Assembly (NCBI RefSeq): GCF_030684315.1
Contig: NC_081376.1
Span: forward strand, 20,627,018 to 20,691,017
Source: Stegostoma tigrinum
Lineage: Eukaryota
Length of the DNA: 64,000 nt
Direction of reading: 5' to 3'
Shown: piece by piece, positions 39,501-53,810 of the stretch
Layout of the letters: every line of letters starts with the position of its first letter
How positions within the stretch are numbered: position 1 is the first letter of the stretch
The notes under the pieces: generated by a model
Told to the model about the DNA's origin: nothing
What the model saw: the letters and a program-made list of their open reading frames with translations, nothing else
Database searches by the model: none
Translations under genes and position numbers: made by a program

Positions 39501-39815
39501 AGACATCTGGACAAGTGCAGGCAATTGAAGGGAGAACTTATCAGAATTAACTGACTTGTGCTGGGTACTGCCCTTTCAGAGGATACATCATTGATATTAA
39601 AACCACCTGACGATGTCAGACAAGCTGCCACTGAGACGTCTCAGGCTAACAAAGCTTTGAATAGTTTAGAACAAATCCTTTTGTACTCCCTGTTATTGCA
39701 TATTAAAAGTTGATTCCATTTTAATTCAGATTGTTAACAATGTGTTTTTTAATAATCCTGCTTGAAATCATCCTGTCAATATGTATTCTACAGTTCTGTT
39801 ACTATTTCCTGTCAG

Positions 39816-39979
39816 ACTTCTTGCTACCTGCTCAGCTGATCAGACGTGTAAAATATGGAGGACTTCAAACTTTTCACTGATGACAGAGCTTAGCATTAAG
39901 AGCAACAATCCAGGAGAGACATCACGAGGCTGGATGTGGGATTGTGCATTCTCTGGGGATTCACAATATATTGTCACAG
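39816..39979 (+). CDS. MLST8: MLST8 coding exon 7
   Basis: [54 protein letters not shown]; gtcag acceptor, gtaaga donor. Confidence 0.98.
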
Positions 39980-40895
39980 GTAAGAAGAGTGCCGTACAAA
40001 AAAGGAACTAGTTCCATTTTAGCTCTGCCTAGAACTGCTCCAGTATTATCATCAGGTTTACAAAAAGGATGATGACTCACTCCAACTTACAGTGGAATTC
40101 ATGCAAGTGTTTATGATTGAGAGCTCTTAAAAAGAATCTTCTTGGTTCATTGCTGTAGACCATGATGTCAAAGTGGGTTCTCACAGATTAGTATTATGGA
40201 AATATCAGATGGCAGACCACTTTAAAGGAGCGCATAGGATTGAAATAGCACTCAGTTTGTGCCCTGAAGACCTTGCATATCTGCTTTTCAAACCAAGCTT
40301 TGCTGAGTGGCTTGAGTTGGAAGGTTGTAAAGTCAAGTCCTGCTCTAAGACTTGAGCCCGTAACCAAAGGTGACAAACCAGATTAGGACTGAGAGATGAC
40401 CACACTGTTGGAGCTGCTGTCTTTCAGGTGAGACATTAAGGTGAAGCCTGAACTGACCCCAAATGGACACAGGATATTATAACGTATTTTGAGAACAAGC
40501 AGCGAAGTTCTTCCAAAGTTCTGTTGAGTATGTGCCTCTTAAATAACATCACTGAAATAGATTGACTGGTCATGGAAAACATTTCTCTTTGTGAGTCTTC
40601 CACTGTCAGGAAGTTGACTGCTGTATTTATTGAGACAAACAATGATTACACTTCAAAATACTAGATTGCCTTTAAACCATATTGGAACCCTGTTTAGGAT
40701 TGTGAAAGATACTATATAAATGCAAATTATGTCTTTTAAAAGTACACTGGCTTGCTCAAACCATTTAGGTAACTGAGCAGTGAGCTCAAGGCCTTTATAA
40801 AGTATGTTAACATGATTTTAACCCAGAAGACTAAATTGACAGCTGATGAGTGTTCTTTGCGTACTGGAGAGTAATGTTGTTTTTCTCAATCACAG

Positions 40896-41014
40896 CCTCT
40901 TCAGATAACCTTGCGCGCCTGTGGTGTGTGGAGACAGGTGAAATTAAACGGGAATACAGTGGCCATCAGAAGGCAGTCGTGTGCCTTGCCTTTAATGACA
41001 GTGTTCTGGGCTGA
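40896..41014 (+). CDS. MLST8: MLST8 coding exon 8 (stop)
   Basis: (A)[38 protein letters not shown]; exons sum to 981 nt = 326 aa plus stop; AATAAA candidates at ~41971 and ~42001. Confidence 0.98.
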
Positions 41015-42898
41015 AGATTTCCACCCCATCCCACCTCCATCCCTCTCTTTGCCCCATTCCCTTTTCCATTCCAAGCTCTTTTTGAAATTAATTCCCAGCC
41101 GAAATTGTTGTTTGGAAGTCTCTGTGAGATCAATCTGAGCTGTTTAATGCTGGAACGTACATACATGCATCTTTGGCAGGTTCAACCATCACATGACTTG
41201 TGAGACAGTAATTAATAGCCCAAGGACATGAGTTCTGATGCAAGGTTTTAGTAAAGTCGGTGACAGATGAATGAACTTTTCACCCTGTATCCACTTGAAC
41301 TCTGAAGAAATGTTCAGCAACACTTAGACCTTTCGCTTCCAAACCTGGATAGTAAGATATATATTGTGAACTTTCTAGTAGCGGGTTGAAGTATCGGTAA
41401 GTACAGGTCTATTGTTGGTGGTAACAATATGAGTATTTTTGAAGGTATAAATTAAGGATATCCTGTTTAGTATTAAAGTGTAAGCTCTCTGTTGTTACAT
41501 CCTTCTATGTAGTAATTTTGATAGAAGAGAAGCTTGTCAACAATTCTAGAATCCCAGTGTGAACAGGTTTGCTTTTACTCCAATTGTAGTGGGAGCCACA
41601 ATGGAAGCTGTTTGATTTGTAGGAAGCGGGCATATCTGATGCCATCAGCATAATCATCTGACATTTTGCATATTGAGACAATATGGACAATGAGTTTACA
41701 AGGCAATCACTGAATGTTCTGATCGTTAACCTGATGTTGAATGAAAACATTAAACCTATAGACAAAGAAGAATTATTTCTACACCTGACTGGATGCTGCT
41801 TTCCTTTTTTGAGAGAAAGGAGAAGGGGTATTATAAGACTCCATCGTTAAGCTGCTATGTTTGGAATGCGCTGTGGAGACATGGCAGTGTATAAGTGCAA
41901 GTCTTATTTCTGTTTTATCTCTGAATAACTATAGTTTTAAAACTAGGTAACGTTTCAGCACACATACATAAATAAAATACTGAAGATACTGGAATTTTGA
42001 AATAAAAACAGAGAATGTTGGAAATACTCCACTAGTCAGATTGCATTTATGGCAGAACAGGTTTAACAGTTTTGCAGCATTTGCAGTGTATGAAATGTGT
42101 GTGCAGATTTGATGCCTGTTTTTCCTATATTAAAACAGTGGCCATACCCAAACATCCTTTTGGTGCAAAACACTCTGGAAGGACCCAGGATCAGGAAAAG
42201 CATTGAGGAAGTGCACATACGTTATTCAGACTAACTTTTTTTTGGGCACATTTTTCTGGCATTCTGCATTTATGATTAAGGCTGAGGATCTCTTCCCTAT
42301 CAGTACTGAGTTTTCAATGAGTGGCCTCATTCTACTCTTGTTCTGTGAAAAGGGTGCTGTCTTGAGGTTTCAACAAGTGATGCGATTCCATGTCTGGATG
42401 TTACAGACTATGGCAACAAAAATGTATCCACGGCGAGTTGATCAGTTTTATTGTTTCTCTGGAAAACTCAAGAACATGTAGATGGATGGTGTACATCTCA
42501 GTAACAAATAGGCAACTGCATGAAGCAATATAAAGAAACTAGTTCTCTGATGCCATTGTAAAATCTTGAATTTTGGTAATTTTTAACCGCTAATACTTCA
42601 ATAACAAAATATATTAATTCTGAACTTGGGAAGAAGTGGCATATTGTATTCAACAGACTAACCAGGCAAATGAAAGTAACTTCCTCCCTCTTCAATTCAC
42701 CTCCCCTCTGTACATAGGTTGTTGCATATCCTTGCATAGAAGCTTATTAATTAGTTGCTGGTGCTCTGAATAAGAATTGGGAAAGAAAGGAATCGGAAAT
42801 GTAAGAGTAAAGGAAAAGCAATTAAGTTACTCTTTTTAGAACAAATCGGCTATGTTCTGTGATCAATGACTAACGTGAGGAAGTAGTGCAGGCAAGGT

Positions 42899-43027
<129 letters not shown>

Positions 43028-43438
43028 TCAGGTGCCAAATGGAATGCAGCCGGTAGGATCACTAATGTGTCCTTAATTATTGACCGAGTACACAGCATAG
43101 CCGTGCCTTTTCTGAGCTAATTCATGAGCTACAGTACCACTAGGACATCGCATGGCACTGTAAAGGTTTTGAGAGCAATGCCTCCCTTCAATGGCACTTG
43201 AATAAATTACAAGTAAAATTATTAAGCTACAGAGATTTTCAGTAAATGTTCTGCATCATGTTCTTGACAAAGAACACTGTTGAATGGAGTTTATTGTAGA
43301 ACAGCAAAAGGGAAATTACACATCTGGCATTCTCACTACATCAAAAATAAGTGAAAGGAGTTATTCCAATCCTGACACTTAGTGTTTTATAAAATTATGT
43401 TACAATTGTTGAAACCCTTTTAAAAACACAGCACTTAC

Positions 43439-43583
43439 TGTTACTTTTCTGCAGCCAGTAAACAGAGATGTGATTGCAGAGGCCGTCAACATGATCACCC
43501 AAAGTCAGTAGATCCACTTTCTTTTTACTCAGGATTCCAAAATACTCCCTGGAGAATTGGGTTTCATTTCTTGGCAGCAACAA
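43439..43583 (-). CDS. BRICD5: BRICD5 coding exon 5
   Basis: LLLPRNETQFSREYFGILSKKKVDLLTLGDHVDGLCNHISVYWLQKSN contains the second BRICHOS Cys (LCxxxxxYW); aaccag acceptor, gtaagt donor. Confidence 0.92.
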
Positions 43584-46500
43584 CTGGTTAAGTTAAGAAG
43601 AAATCAGTGTTTTCTCTGTATAACTCTTCAGGTTTTTCACATGGTAAATTGGCTACTTACACTTTGTAAATTCTCATTGTCAACATCGCCCCATGGCATT
43701 CCACCCTTCCCTACCCCACCTCCTTTTCTCTCTCTAACCACCTTCACCTCTTTCTGCTGCAGTGTTCCATTGAAGCCCAACACAAGCTTGAGGAACAATT
43801 CATGTCATATTTAGACACTTTATAACTGTCTCGATTCAACTTTCAGCTAACCTTCAGACCATTAACTCTGGCCTCTTTTGTTTCTATTTGTCAGTGTTAG
43901 TGTGTATCTTTGTGATTTTCCTTTCTGGCAAATCTCAGGTGAAGTACAAAAGATTTTAAGAAGACATAGTCCAATAATTGGATAGTTAGATGGTAGTTTC
44001 TATTGGCTTTCTTGGTAATGCTTAATTCTATTCTACAGGTATTTAACAATTTTTGTTTCAACAAATCCAATTTGTGGAGCCAAATGAGGTGTTTTATGCT
44101 GCAAATAATATGTAATTTAAGATGTGTCTCAAATTCCACCATCGCAATTTTACATTGTGATCTTGTCTGTGCTGATCACCTCTTTCACCAGTGCCAAGCC
44201 AGACTTGTCGAACATAAACCACACTCTGCACTTGACTGAGCAACAAACTAAGATGGAATGCATAATGTCATTGGAGAAAGGAATTCCCGACAATGGAAGA
44301 GAGAAATAAAAACAGTCACTTTTATAGTAAATGAAATGCAGAGGAAATGTAATTTGCATAGGATGAATGATCGCAAGCACTAAATATTTGTGCACGTATA
44401 ATTTTGCAAAACTCATGAATAATTAACAAACACAATAGGTAAGTGAAACGCTTTGAGCAGAATTTAGTCATGCATAGAGCAGGTTTGATACTTTATTCGT
44501 GCGAAATTTAACTGAACTCAGATGGAGAATGGTTGTGGCAAAATGGCTTTAGTGACTTTGGATCATTCAGGGAGAAAATGAATGTACATAAGCATCTGCT
44601 GGAGAGTGGAAATCAGGTAAGACTTTAATCACACATATTTCACCAGCTCTGTCAGAGGTCACACATGAAAAATATTTGCTTAGGCGACATTACTGGAACT
44701 GTATCCCTGAAATGATCAGTACCAACAGATGAAGATAGGAGAGTGTTTAGTGGACCCTATAGATACAAGTGAATACTCTATATTTTCCTGGAACCTAGTT
44801 TTCCTCGATGATGGAAAGTCTGTGTGAAAGCATGACTGGAATCATTTTGGAGATGTGAGCTGAGATGGTGTTTCAGCGCAGCATTCCAATATAATGCTGC
44901 AACTTTTACAGTGAGAATGGAACAAAGCAGGTTTTGTGTTAAATCCACAGCCACTCATGAAGGGATGCATTTCATTTCGGGCCTTAGCCCACTGCCAGAA
45001 ATGCGCAGGGTGAATTCTGTTTGCTGGTTGTAACCATCAGTTTTAATGGGTAACAAATTTAACTTTTAGTTAATTCAATTGCCAGGTCTATGAGAATATT
45101 AATATATTTATTAGTTACTTATTGTCCTTTTCCTTATGAAAAGTGTGTTTGAATACTTGTGCATATCCTGCAGCTGCCCCATCCATGTAAATCCTGGTGT
45201 GTTGAAGATATGAGTAGAAACCCCATGAGCCTGCTCAGTCCTTATTCATGGTTTCATTTCAAACTAAAGATGGATTTCAAAGACATTATTTACTTATATT
45301 GAGCAATTTAGGCTCCTTGCCAGCTAAGTCAGTACAGTAAATATCACTGGCATTAAAGAAAACCGGATGGCTATGTAAATTTTCCTGCTTCAGAACAATC
45401 ATTTTTAAAATCCACTTTAAGGGTATATTGCCAATCTTACACTTTTAATAACTTCAGAATTTGAATTTCACAACACAAGAATTAAGAGTAGGAGTTGGCC
45501 TCTCAACTCTTGAGCCTGCACTGCATCCATTCTGAAGCTGTCATCCCTTTGTGGACTAACCCAAAATGGGAATATTTTCTCATCATTTATCCTGTTAAGA
45601 CTTATCAGGATCTTAAATTGTTTCATTAAGATTATTTCTTATTCTTCCAAATTCCAATGAATAAAAGGTTCAACTTCAGCATTTACTCATGAAAAAACCC
45701 CTGATTAGCAGTGATCAACCTAACAAACTGACTCTGATTCAAGTAAATCCTTCAGTAAATAAGGAAACCAAAACTTCAAGCAGTTTTCAAGATATGTTCT
45801 CACCGGTTCCCTGTACAATTTAGTGAGACATCCCTGTTTTTATACTCCAACCCCCTTAACAAGAAGGGCCAACATTCTATTTGCTTTGCTGATTACTTGC
45901 TGTACCAGTATGCTAACTGTGTGATTTAGGCATGAGCTACTCAAATGTAGCAATTCTTCATTTAAATAATATTCTGCCTTTTGTTTCCCTGTCAAAGTTG
46001 ACCAGCTATTATTTTCCTACAATATTCTCCATCTGTCAATTTTATCCACTCACTTTTTTTGCCATTTGTAGACTCTATATTTTTCTGATAATTTGCTTTC
46101 CTACCTATTTTTAAATTGACAGCAAATTTGGCTACAATCTACTCTACCTTCATCCAAGCCATTATATAGATTGTAGATGGTTGAGGTTCCATTCCTAATA
46201 CTTGTGACACCCCACAAGTTATGACAATATTTTGTCAAACTGAAAATCACACAATGACTCTTTGCATTTTGTTAACCAGTCAGCTATGCTCGCTTACAGA
46301 TTACCCGGCACCATGAGCTCTTGTGTATTTATCTTTTATGTGATACGTTTCACTGGAGTCCCGAAGGGTGTAAACCTGAAACGTCAATTTTCTTTCTCCC
46401 CTGATGCTGCCTGACCTGTTGTGTTCCTCCAACTCCACACAGTATTGTCTATAACCAATGCATTTCTTTAAGACCCCAAGATGAAGGCTATCAGGATCAG

Positions 46501-46831
46501 GGGACATGTCAGTCTTTCATCTCGTTAGTTTTCATAACACTTTATCCCTTTGTGATAGTGATCATTTTAGATACCTCTGTCCCTTGTGTTCCTTGATTTT
46601 CTACTACAAGTTGATGCTTTTCTTGCCTTCTAGTATGAAAACAGATAGAAAAGAAAGTTGCTGAATATCTGTCATTTCCTTATTGGTTGTTATTTGCTCC
46701 GTTTGTGCAAGCAGTATTGTCGTTATGGCACATGGACACATCTGGGAACTTTGTGGAACATGTTTCTATTTCTCCATGAAACTATTTTCTGCTTTGGGCT
46801 GAGTTTTGGGGAGATGCGAATGTTGCTTTAC

Positions 46832-46939
46832 CTTATGCTTCTGGGCAGTGATGACAGTGTGAATATTCTTCTGGTCAGCAGCCAACATTTTCCGAACTAG
46901 ACAAATGTTACCCCCTCCCAGTTGATAACAAACTAAATG
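46832..46939 (-). CDS. BRICD5: BRICD5 coding exon 4
   Basis: HLVCYQLGGGNICLVRKMLAADQKNIHTVITAQKHK; polypyrimidine tract plus tggcag acceptor, gtaaag donor, phase 0-0. Confidence 0.92.
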
Positions 46940-47669
46940 CTGCCAAAGGAAAAAAAGAATCAGTTAGTCTGTGTCAGAAGCACAATAGAAATAAAACAAG
47001 GGATGGGGAGACAATCTGCTTCCAGGAGCTGAGTTGATGATATTTTGTGGACGGGCGGTTAGCTGAAGCAAAGACAGTTTTAGGGGAGATATTAAGTGTC
47101 TGTAGGCTGGATGGAGCAGTACTTTCCAAATTCCCCAAGCTTTCCCCCTCCCCACATGGAGTCCAGTGGTTGTTTGCCCTAAAAAGCACCCCCATTGGGG
47201 GAGGGGTGAAATCTTACCAGAAAAAGGAGCAGTTTGTGTGGCTAAAATGCCACAGAACTGAGAGAAACCCACAGATTTCCAAGTTTTCCAACCAAAGGGT
47301 ACTAAGAAGAATGTAACAATCACTTAAAAGAATCTAATAATGATTTTGGATTAAACTTTTCATCTGGACAGTGATCAGTATGTTGAACTTGCTAATACGT
47401 GGTGTTGTTGGATTGAAGTAGTATTGATGCATTTAATACAAGGGGCAACCAGCTAAATACATGAGAGTGTAAGGGAGGGATGTGTTGATGAGATTACAGG
47501 AAGCAGAAGGAAGGTTATGTGAAACATTATCCATAAATGCAGTATAAATTTGATGGTACTAAAATGAAGCCTACAACAAATGCAACCTGAGGATTTGTCT
47601 GAAATCTGAGCAGCAACTCCTAATTTAATATATATAGCATTACTGGAGCCATTCCAGCCCCTTACTCAC

Positions 47670-47807
47670 ATTCTTGCTGTCAAACAGCACCACTGCTGTA
47701 CGGTTCCTGTCCATTATATGGTATGTTACCAGGTCCCCTTCCTTGTTCACAACTGCTGACTGACTGACCATAGCACCCTGCACATCGTGAAATGTAATCT
47801 GAACAAC
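47670..47807 (-). CDS. BRICD5: BRICD5 coding exon 3
   Basis: VVQITFHDVQGAMVSQSAVVNKEGDLVTYHIMDRNRTAVVLFDSKN contains the conserved BRICHOS Asp (VLFD); ccttag acceptor, gtgagt donor. Confidence 0.92.
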
Positions 47808-49153
47808 CTAAGGAGAGGCAGATACTTGAATATTAAAACCAGCAACAACCTCTCGTGACTACAATCTCCTTTCACTTTACTGAATTTCAACAAATGCAGT
47901 GACACAAATCTTATTAGAGGAAGAGAGGTTGACTTGGACAATACAAACCTACACAGGAAAGAAGAGTGTATCCGAGTACATGTACTGTAAATAAATGTAT
48001 ACATTACACTGAGTTTACATGAGTTTGCTACATGAACAAGACAATTGTAAGTCAATACTAAACATGATAGATCTAGCTGTTTGGCTTACCTACAAAACTA
48101 AGGTGATAGTTGTGTTCCATCGGCTAGAACACTTGCCCCTCCTGCGGTAGGTTGTGGATCTAAGCCCCATTGCAGAGACTTCAGTGTTAAATATAGGCTG
48201 ACACTCCAGTTCATTATGAGAGGAATACTGCACTGTTGAGGCTGCAATCTTTCGAATGAGATTTTAAAGCAAGACCTCATCTGTTCTCTTGGTTAGACAT
48301 AAACACTGCACCGCAATAATTTAAAAAGTGGAATTCTGCTGGTGGTCTAGTCTTAACCAGGATAGTTAAAAACAGATTACCTCGACGTTAACCTCATTGT
48401 TGTTTGTGAGAGCTTGCTATATGCAAATTTGCTCTAGAATTTCCAACATTGTGTGATTTATTGGATGTAAGGCATTTTGGATTGCAAATACTTTCTGTCA
48501 AAATGAGTTCTTCATTTACTAGACTCATAATTCAGCAGCTGGGACCAATCCAGGGAATATGAGTTCAATCCCAAAATTTGAGATTTTGAATTCAGTTTTA
48601 AACATCCTGAAACATTAACAGTGTATCTTTATCATCTTCGACAGAAGATAACACTGAAAATAAATGAAGTGGCCCTGAAATTTTGTAGAAAACAATAGTA
48701 TAATCCAAATCCATCACACTTAAAAGCAATATCTGTAAGCTCTTAATGTGGTTTCCTGTATGACCTGATTTTTTATTAACCAACTTTAACCATTAACTGA
48801 AATGAAAATACATTTTTATTTTTGCTGGGGTCTGGTAACTTGGGTTTATGAAATGTTATGTCAGAGTCAGAAAACTAGGCTGGAGATAAAACCACAAATT
48901 CCAGATACACAGCAGACAGGTCAACATTTGAGATGTGATCCAGCTGCTTGCAAAGAAACATTTTAAAGTTCTGGGTTGTTCAGTTTTTAGCTGTTTCCCA
49001 GTTTGTTTCAAAAAACCTGAACCTCAGTGTCTGAAATTTGCTTCCTAACTGGCCAATTCCTGTTTGGCCTCAAATTCCTTTCCACTTTTCAAACTCGCTT
49101 ATTGACCTGAGATTTGAGGTTGGGCAGGGAGTGAGTATGCATGTTTTACTTAC

Positions 49154-49294
49154 TTGTTGGTTGCTTGCCTTCAGACCTAGGATGCTCATGGTTGAGACCC
49201 CAATAATTGTGGCCATGACCAGCAAGAGTAAAGCTCCCCATAAGATGCGCAGTCTTGTCCTGGCTTGAGTTCCCAAGGAATCTGCTTGTACCTG
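49154..49294 (-). CDS. BRICD5: BRICD5 coding exon 2 (type II transmembrane anchor)
   Basis: QVQADSLGTQARTRLRILWGALLLLVMATIIGVSTMSILGLKASNQQ: basic residues then a hydrophobic helix; CAGCAG acceptor, gtaagt donor. Confidence 0.9.
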
Positions 49295-49840
49295 CTGTGG
49301 GAACTGTGTAAAGAGGAAGGAGTTTAAATGTTGAATATGCAGAATAGGCACAACTTCCACTCAGGTTCAGATGAATCAGGTGGAATTATTTTCTGAATTT
49401 GCAGGAATGAAAAGGAAATGGAGTTTCTCCAACCTGTTCAGAACCTCTGACCTATTCAGAAAGAAATTCTTCTTTTGATACTGAACGAACTTGAGTCTCA
49501 ATCAGAATTAAAACTTGAGAATAATGAGGGCCTAGCCCACTGTAGAGTATTAGCTTCTGCAGTCTTGCTACAGTCCCTCGTGATTGAACATTCAACCTGA
49601 CCCTTCTTGACATTAAAGTCCATGGGTTCTGAAATAATAAAACTGGCAGTTATGAAAGAAATGAGTCATTGGCACTCAGTAGTTTCTCTCCAACTCAGCC
49701 AACCTATGGTGTTGCTGGTCACGAACTGCAGGTTGAACTTGAAGAAAATCTCTCCTTCCCAAACCCCACTGTTACCACACTTCTACAACCAATTTAAGGT
49801 AACAGCATATCTGAGAATGTCATTGATACTTAATACTTAC

Positions 49841-49891
49841 AAATGGGAATACACCCTTCAGGGTATTCACAATCCTGCTGCTTCTCTCCAT
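49841..49891 (-). CDS. BRICD5: BRICD5 coding exon 1 (start)
   Basis: ATG in agtATGG context, MERSSRIVNTLKGVFPF, then donor gtaagt in phase 0; exons sum to 678 nt = 225 aa plus stop. Confidence 0.75.
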
Positions 49892-52800
49892 ACTTTGAGA
49901 ATGCTGACTGCAATTTCCCTCTCCTTTCTGGCTCCTGCTGCTGCAGTGGACATCGACACTTTGTTGATGGAGCCGAAACCTGTGTGGCTGAACTCCCTTC
50001 CCTTCCCTTTCCCGAGCCTCAGCTTGTTTGAGCCAAGGAATGCAACCTGATGCCAGGTGCGATGGAGCAACAATAAGGAGAGCTCTGAAGAGTGCCAGTA
50101 TCACAAAACAGGAGCCAGAGAGCAGCAGGTGCCAGAGAGTCTCTGAGATACGAGAGCATGCTCAAGAATGTGAGGGGAGTTCAAGTCTGTTCAGATGGAC
50201 AATGATACACAGTCACTGATAGCAGTTAGAATAAGTTCATGTGTAAAAGAAGGAGTTTAAATTGAAGGGGAGAGGATGTTTGGTGTATCAGTTGGGAGTT
50301 GGAGCATGTTCAGTTATATCTAAGGGGAGCTTTAATATGTTTCCTTGAGTATCTGTATCTGAGGAGTATTGCAACATGTGTCTCCAGGACAGAAGGAATG
50401 GAAACAAAACCAAGAAAACTAACAACCTACAAAGCAGTAGGAATGTGAAAAGGAATTGAGGAGGAGGTTGATATCAAGTAACAGAACAAGAGAAAGAAGT
50501 TGTGTGTGAGGAGCCAAGACGCAATTTGAGTAAAGGTCAGTTCTATGTCACATTAATTCTGATAACTAATTTCCTCATATTCAGTTTGACACGTCAGAAT
50601 TCTTAATTTCGCTCTAACCGTTTGGTTTGTCTGGTGATACTGTAGGAATGTTCAGCATTTTGCTCAACATCTGTTGCTCCCTAAACCATTCTTGGACCCT
50701 TCTGTATCTTTTACACATTCCAGAAATGTGTCCTTTTATCATATGCTCCATGCATTTAATCTTTCTTGCATTTCAGTTACCTCAGTTATTCCCCTTCAGA
50801 GCTGCTTCAAGTATGTATTTAATTTTCTTAAGTTATATCTTTCTGGGAATGGTGGGAACCCTAAAGAATTCAAATTGTGTTATTGGTATTAAAAACATGA
50901 AATGAATTGGGGTACAGGGTGGGCAACAATATTCTCAAATCATGCAACATAGAAGCCATTTATGTCTGTGCTAGTTCCTTGAAAGCAATCCAGTCAGTCC
51001 TACTCTGTTGCTCTTTCTCAGTGGCCCTACAAATCTTTCCTTCTCATGTACAAGTGTGTTTTCTTTTTAATTAGCTTTGTTAGTATGATTTTCACAGAGG
51101 AAGTCATGGACTCAGTTTTTAAAACACAGATATAATTTCCAGGCAAAAATAAAGAAATGATAAGGATGTTAAACATTACAATTAAAGCTAAAATACTAAT
51201 GAAGGAAAGGAACCCAGCATATGTGAACTGCACTGTATATTTACTCCTACACTGCAACAGTGGCTGCCCTTCAAAAGTGCTCCACCGGCTGTCCTGAGGA
51301 TAGTGTAAGATACAAGTTATTTTTCTGTGACTTCATAAAATCAATTTAGTATCCAGGCTTTCTCTAAGCTTTTCTTTTTAAGTTGCAAGAATTCTAAAGC
51401 TCTTCTAGCTGACCTCCCAATTTTGTGCCTTCCATATGCTTAATGCTGTTTAAAACTCTGTTGCTTCTATCCTCATCCTCATGTTTAAATCCCTTCATGG
51501 CATTATACTTCTGTAGCCTCCCCAAGCCTTACAATTCATCCCTTCCACCCCTCTGCCCATTCCTATAATACTGAAATTCTGTGTTTTTGACCCTGCAAAT
51601 GATCCTTTAGCAGTCATACCTCCTGTAATCAATGTCTGTGCTCGACAATTCTCTCCAAAAGTCTTTTGGTTAGCCTTTGTTAATGTCCTCCTTAAAACCC
51701 ACCTCTGACCAAACCAATGGTCATCACTCTGTTTGTGCCTCAGTATTCACTTTCGTACGATTGTAACTCTATAAATGCGTTTGAATTTTGTCCTACTAAA
51801 AATGCAATTATATGTAAATTGTTGTTGATGTGATCTGTTATTGGTGTGACTAAAGTAATTGGCTTCAAAATGTTGGCCAGAAAATGGAGAGTCATGCAGA
51901 TTGAAATTCCTTGCAGTAAGGTGTGCTTGAAGCACCAGGGGATGATATGTTTGGCTTGGCTTTGCTGCTGGTGTAGTGACATAGCCTGCCAACAGTTCAT
52001 TGATCAGAACCATGCAACAGACAAAAAAGAACATCTGGCACTTGGCAACAGCTACCCATTATGATGTTGGCACCTTTGGATTGGGCAGCACGTCAGTGGA
52101 GAGGAAATTGAATGTGTGACAAAAAGACAATTTCTTCAGCAATCTCCAGTTATTAAAAAGGGGGATGATGGCAGCTAGAGATCACAGGTCACACGGGATG
52201 AAATAGAGAATAACACCAAGCATAAGAGTGAAAAAGAGGAAGCAAATGAGGAACATGATGAACTGAAACTTCATGAGCCATTGGAGGCATGAGTGAGGCA
52301 GTTGAGGTGGGGAAGTTGCAGAAAATGAAATTTGGTTTGAGATCCTGCCCCTTACAACCTTTCCAGAGATGGGTTCACAAGTTAGGTCTAATGAGAAGCT
52401 ATTTGTGGGACTTAAAATAGCAAATAAAGTCATTTTAAGGATGCAATGGTTCTTTCTCAACCACATAAGGGTATGTGTTGTGCCTGCAAATCAGCAGGCT
52501 GGAAAAGACAACAGCAAAGCAGGAAATCATTGAATTTGATGTGATATCAGCACTTTAAAGGGCGGAAACCAGCAAACCACATTCAGAGGCTTGTGCTGTA
52601 CTTAGTGTCAAATTATTTAAGTCCTTTGGAACAAATTTTCTCAACACCTGAGATATTGTACAATGCCATTGGCTCCACATGTATATGTGTGATTATGGCT
52701 AGACCATTGAGGAGAAAGTGCAGCATCCTCCGGACCAGCAGCACAGTGATTGGACAACAACCCAGGAGGAGCAATAGCTGCAGCATTCTTCAGTCAGTTA

Positions 52801-52949
52801 CAACTGGACAAATTATGGATGGCCACAGGAACCTTGATCTATAAGCCAAGTCAAAACAGAATACAGTGGATTCTGGACATCTAAAATGCAATCAGATATT
52901 TGTTTGGGTCCAAACAATTCCTAATCTACATCAGTTAGTTGGATGTGTA

Positions 52950-53810
52950 TGTTAAATATGATGTTTGCAAGTTCGCAGATAATACACATCGGGGAGTGTG
53001 AGCTGAGAGGAGGATGCAAAGATAGTTCAAGATTTGGAGCGGATAAGTGATGGGCAGAAATTTGGTAGATTATAATGCAGGAAAATGTTGTTAGCCCATT
53101 TGTAGGAAAAACTGAAATACAGTTTATTTCTTAAATGGTAAGGTTGGAGAGTGTTGTTGGAGTGTTTCAAAAAGATTTAGGTGTCTTCATTTATGAATCA
53201 TAAGTAGACCAAGCAATGAAGCGGACAAATAGTACATAGAGCTTTCATAAAGCCAGATTTGGAGTCTTGTATGCAGCTTTGGTTTCCTCACCTATGGATG
53301 GATATGCTTACCCCAGAGGAAATGCAATAAAAGTTCACCAAACTAATTCCTGGGACAGAGGTGTTGTCCTATAAGGTAAGGTGAAATAGAATAAGGCTAT
53401 AATTGCTGGCATCTAGAAGATTGAGTGGTGATCTGATTCAAATACACAACATTCTTAAGGGGCTTGACAGGGTAGATAATTGTAGGGAGAATGTTTCTGT
53501 TGGCTGCAGGGTCAAAAACCGAGGGACATGGTCTCAGATTAAGGGGCAGACCACTTAGAACTGAGGAAGAATTTCTTCACTCAAAGGGTGATGAATTCTT
53601 AGAATGATTTGACCCAGAGGGTAATATCAAGGCTCAGTCATTGACTGTGTTCAAAAATGTGATTGATACGTTCTACACAAGAAAAACTTAACTGAATATG
53701 GGAATAGTGCAAGAAGATGGTGTTGAAGTAGAAGGTCAGCCATAATCTCATTACATTAAAGGAATGGATTCAAGGAGCTGAATGGTCTACAGGTGGTCCT
53801 ATTCATGTCC
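52950..53810 (+). mobile_element. Decayed CR1-clade LINE 3' portion
   Basis: aagttcgcagataat (KFAD-), agaagattgagtggtgatctgatt (RRLxGDLI) and gaatttcttcactcaaagggtg (NFFTQRV) in the expected order. Confidence 0.75.

Noticed and set aside
43584-43605. U12-like branch sequence (ttcttaac) before BRICD5 exon 5
   Set aside because: The matching donor is GTAAAG (U2-type) and the motif is not the full TTCCTTAAC
52593-52844. Possible second Harbinger relic (NAIGSTCI...SILQS)
   Set aside because: Resemblance too degenerate to support without an alignment
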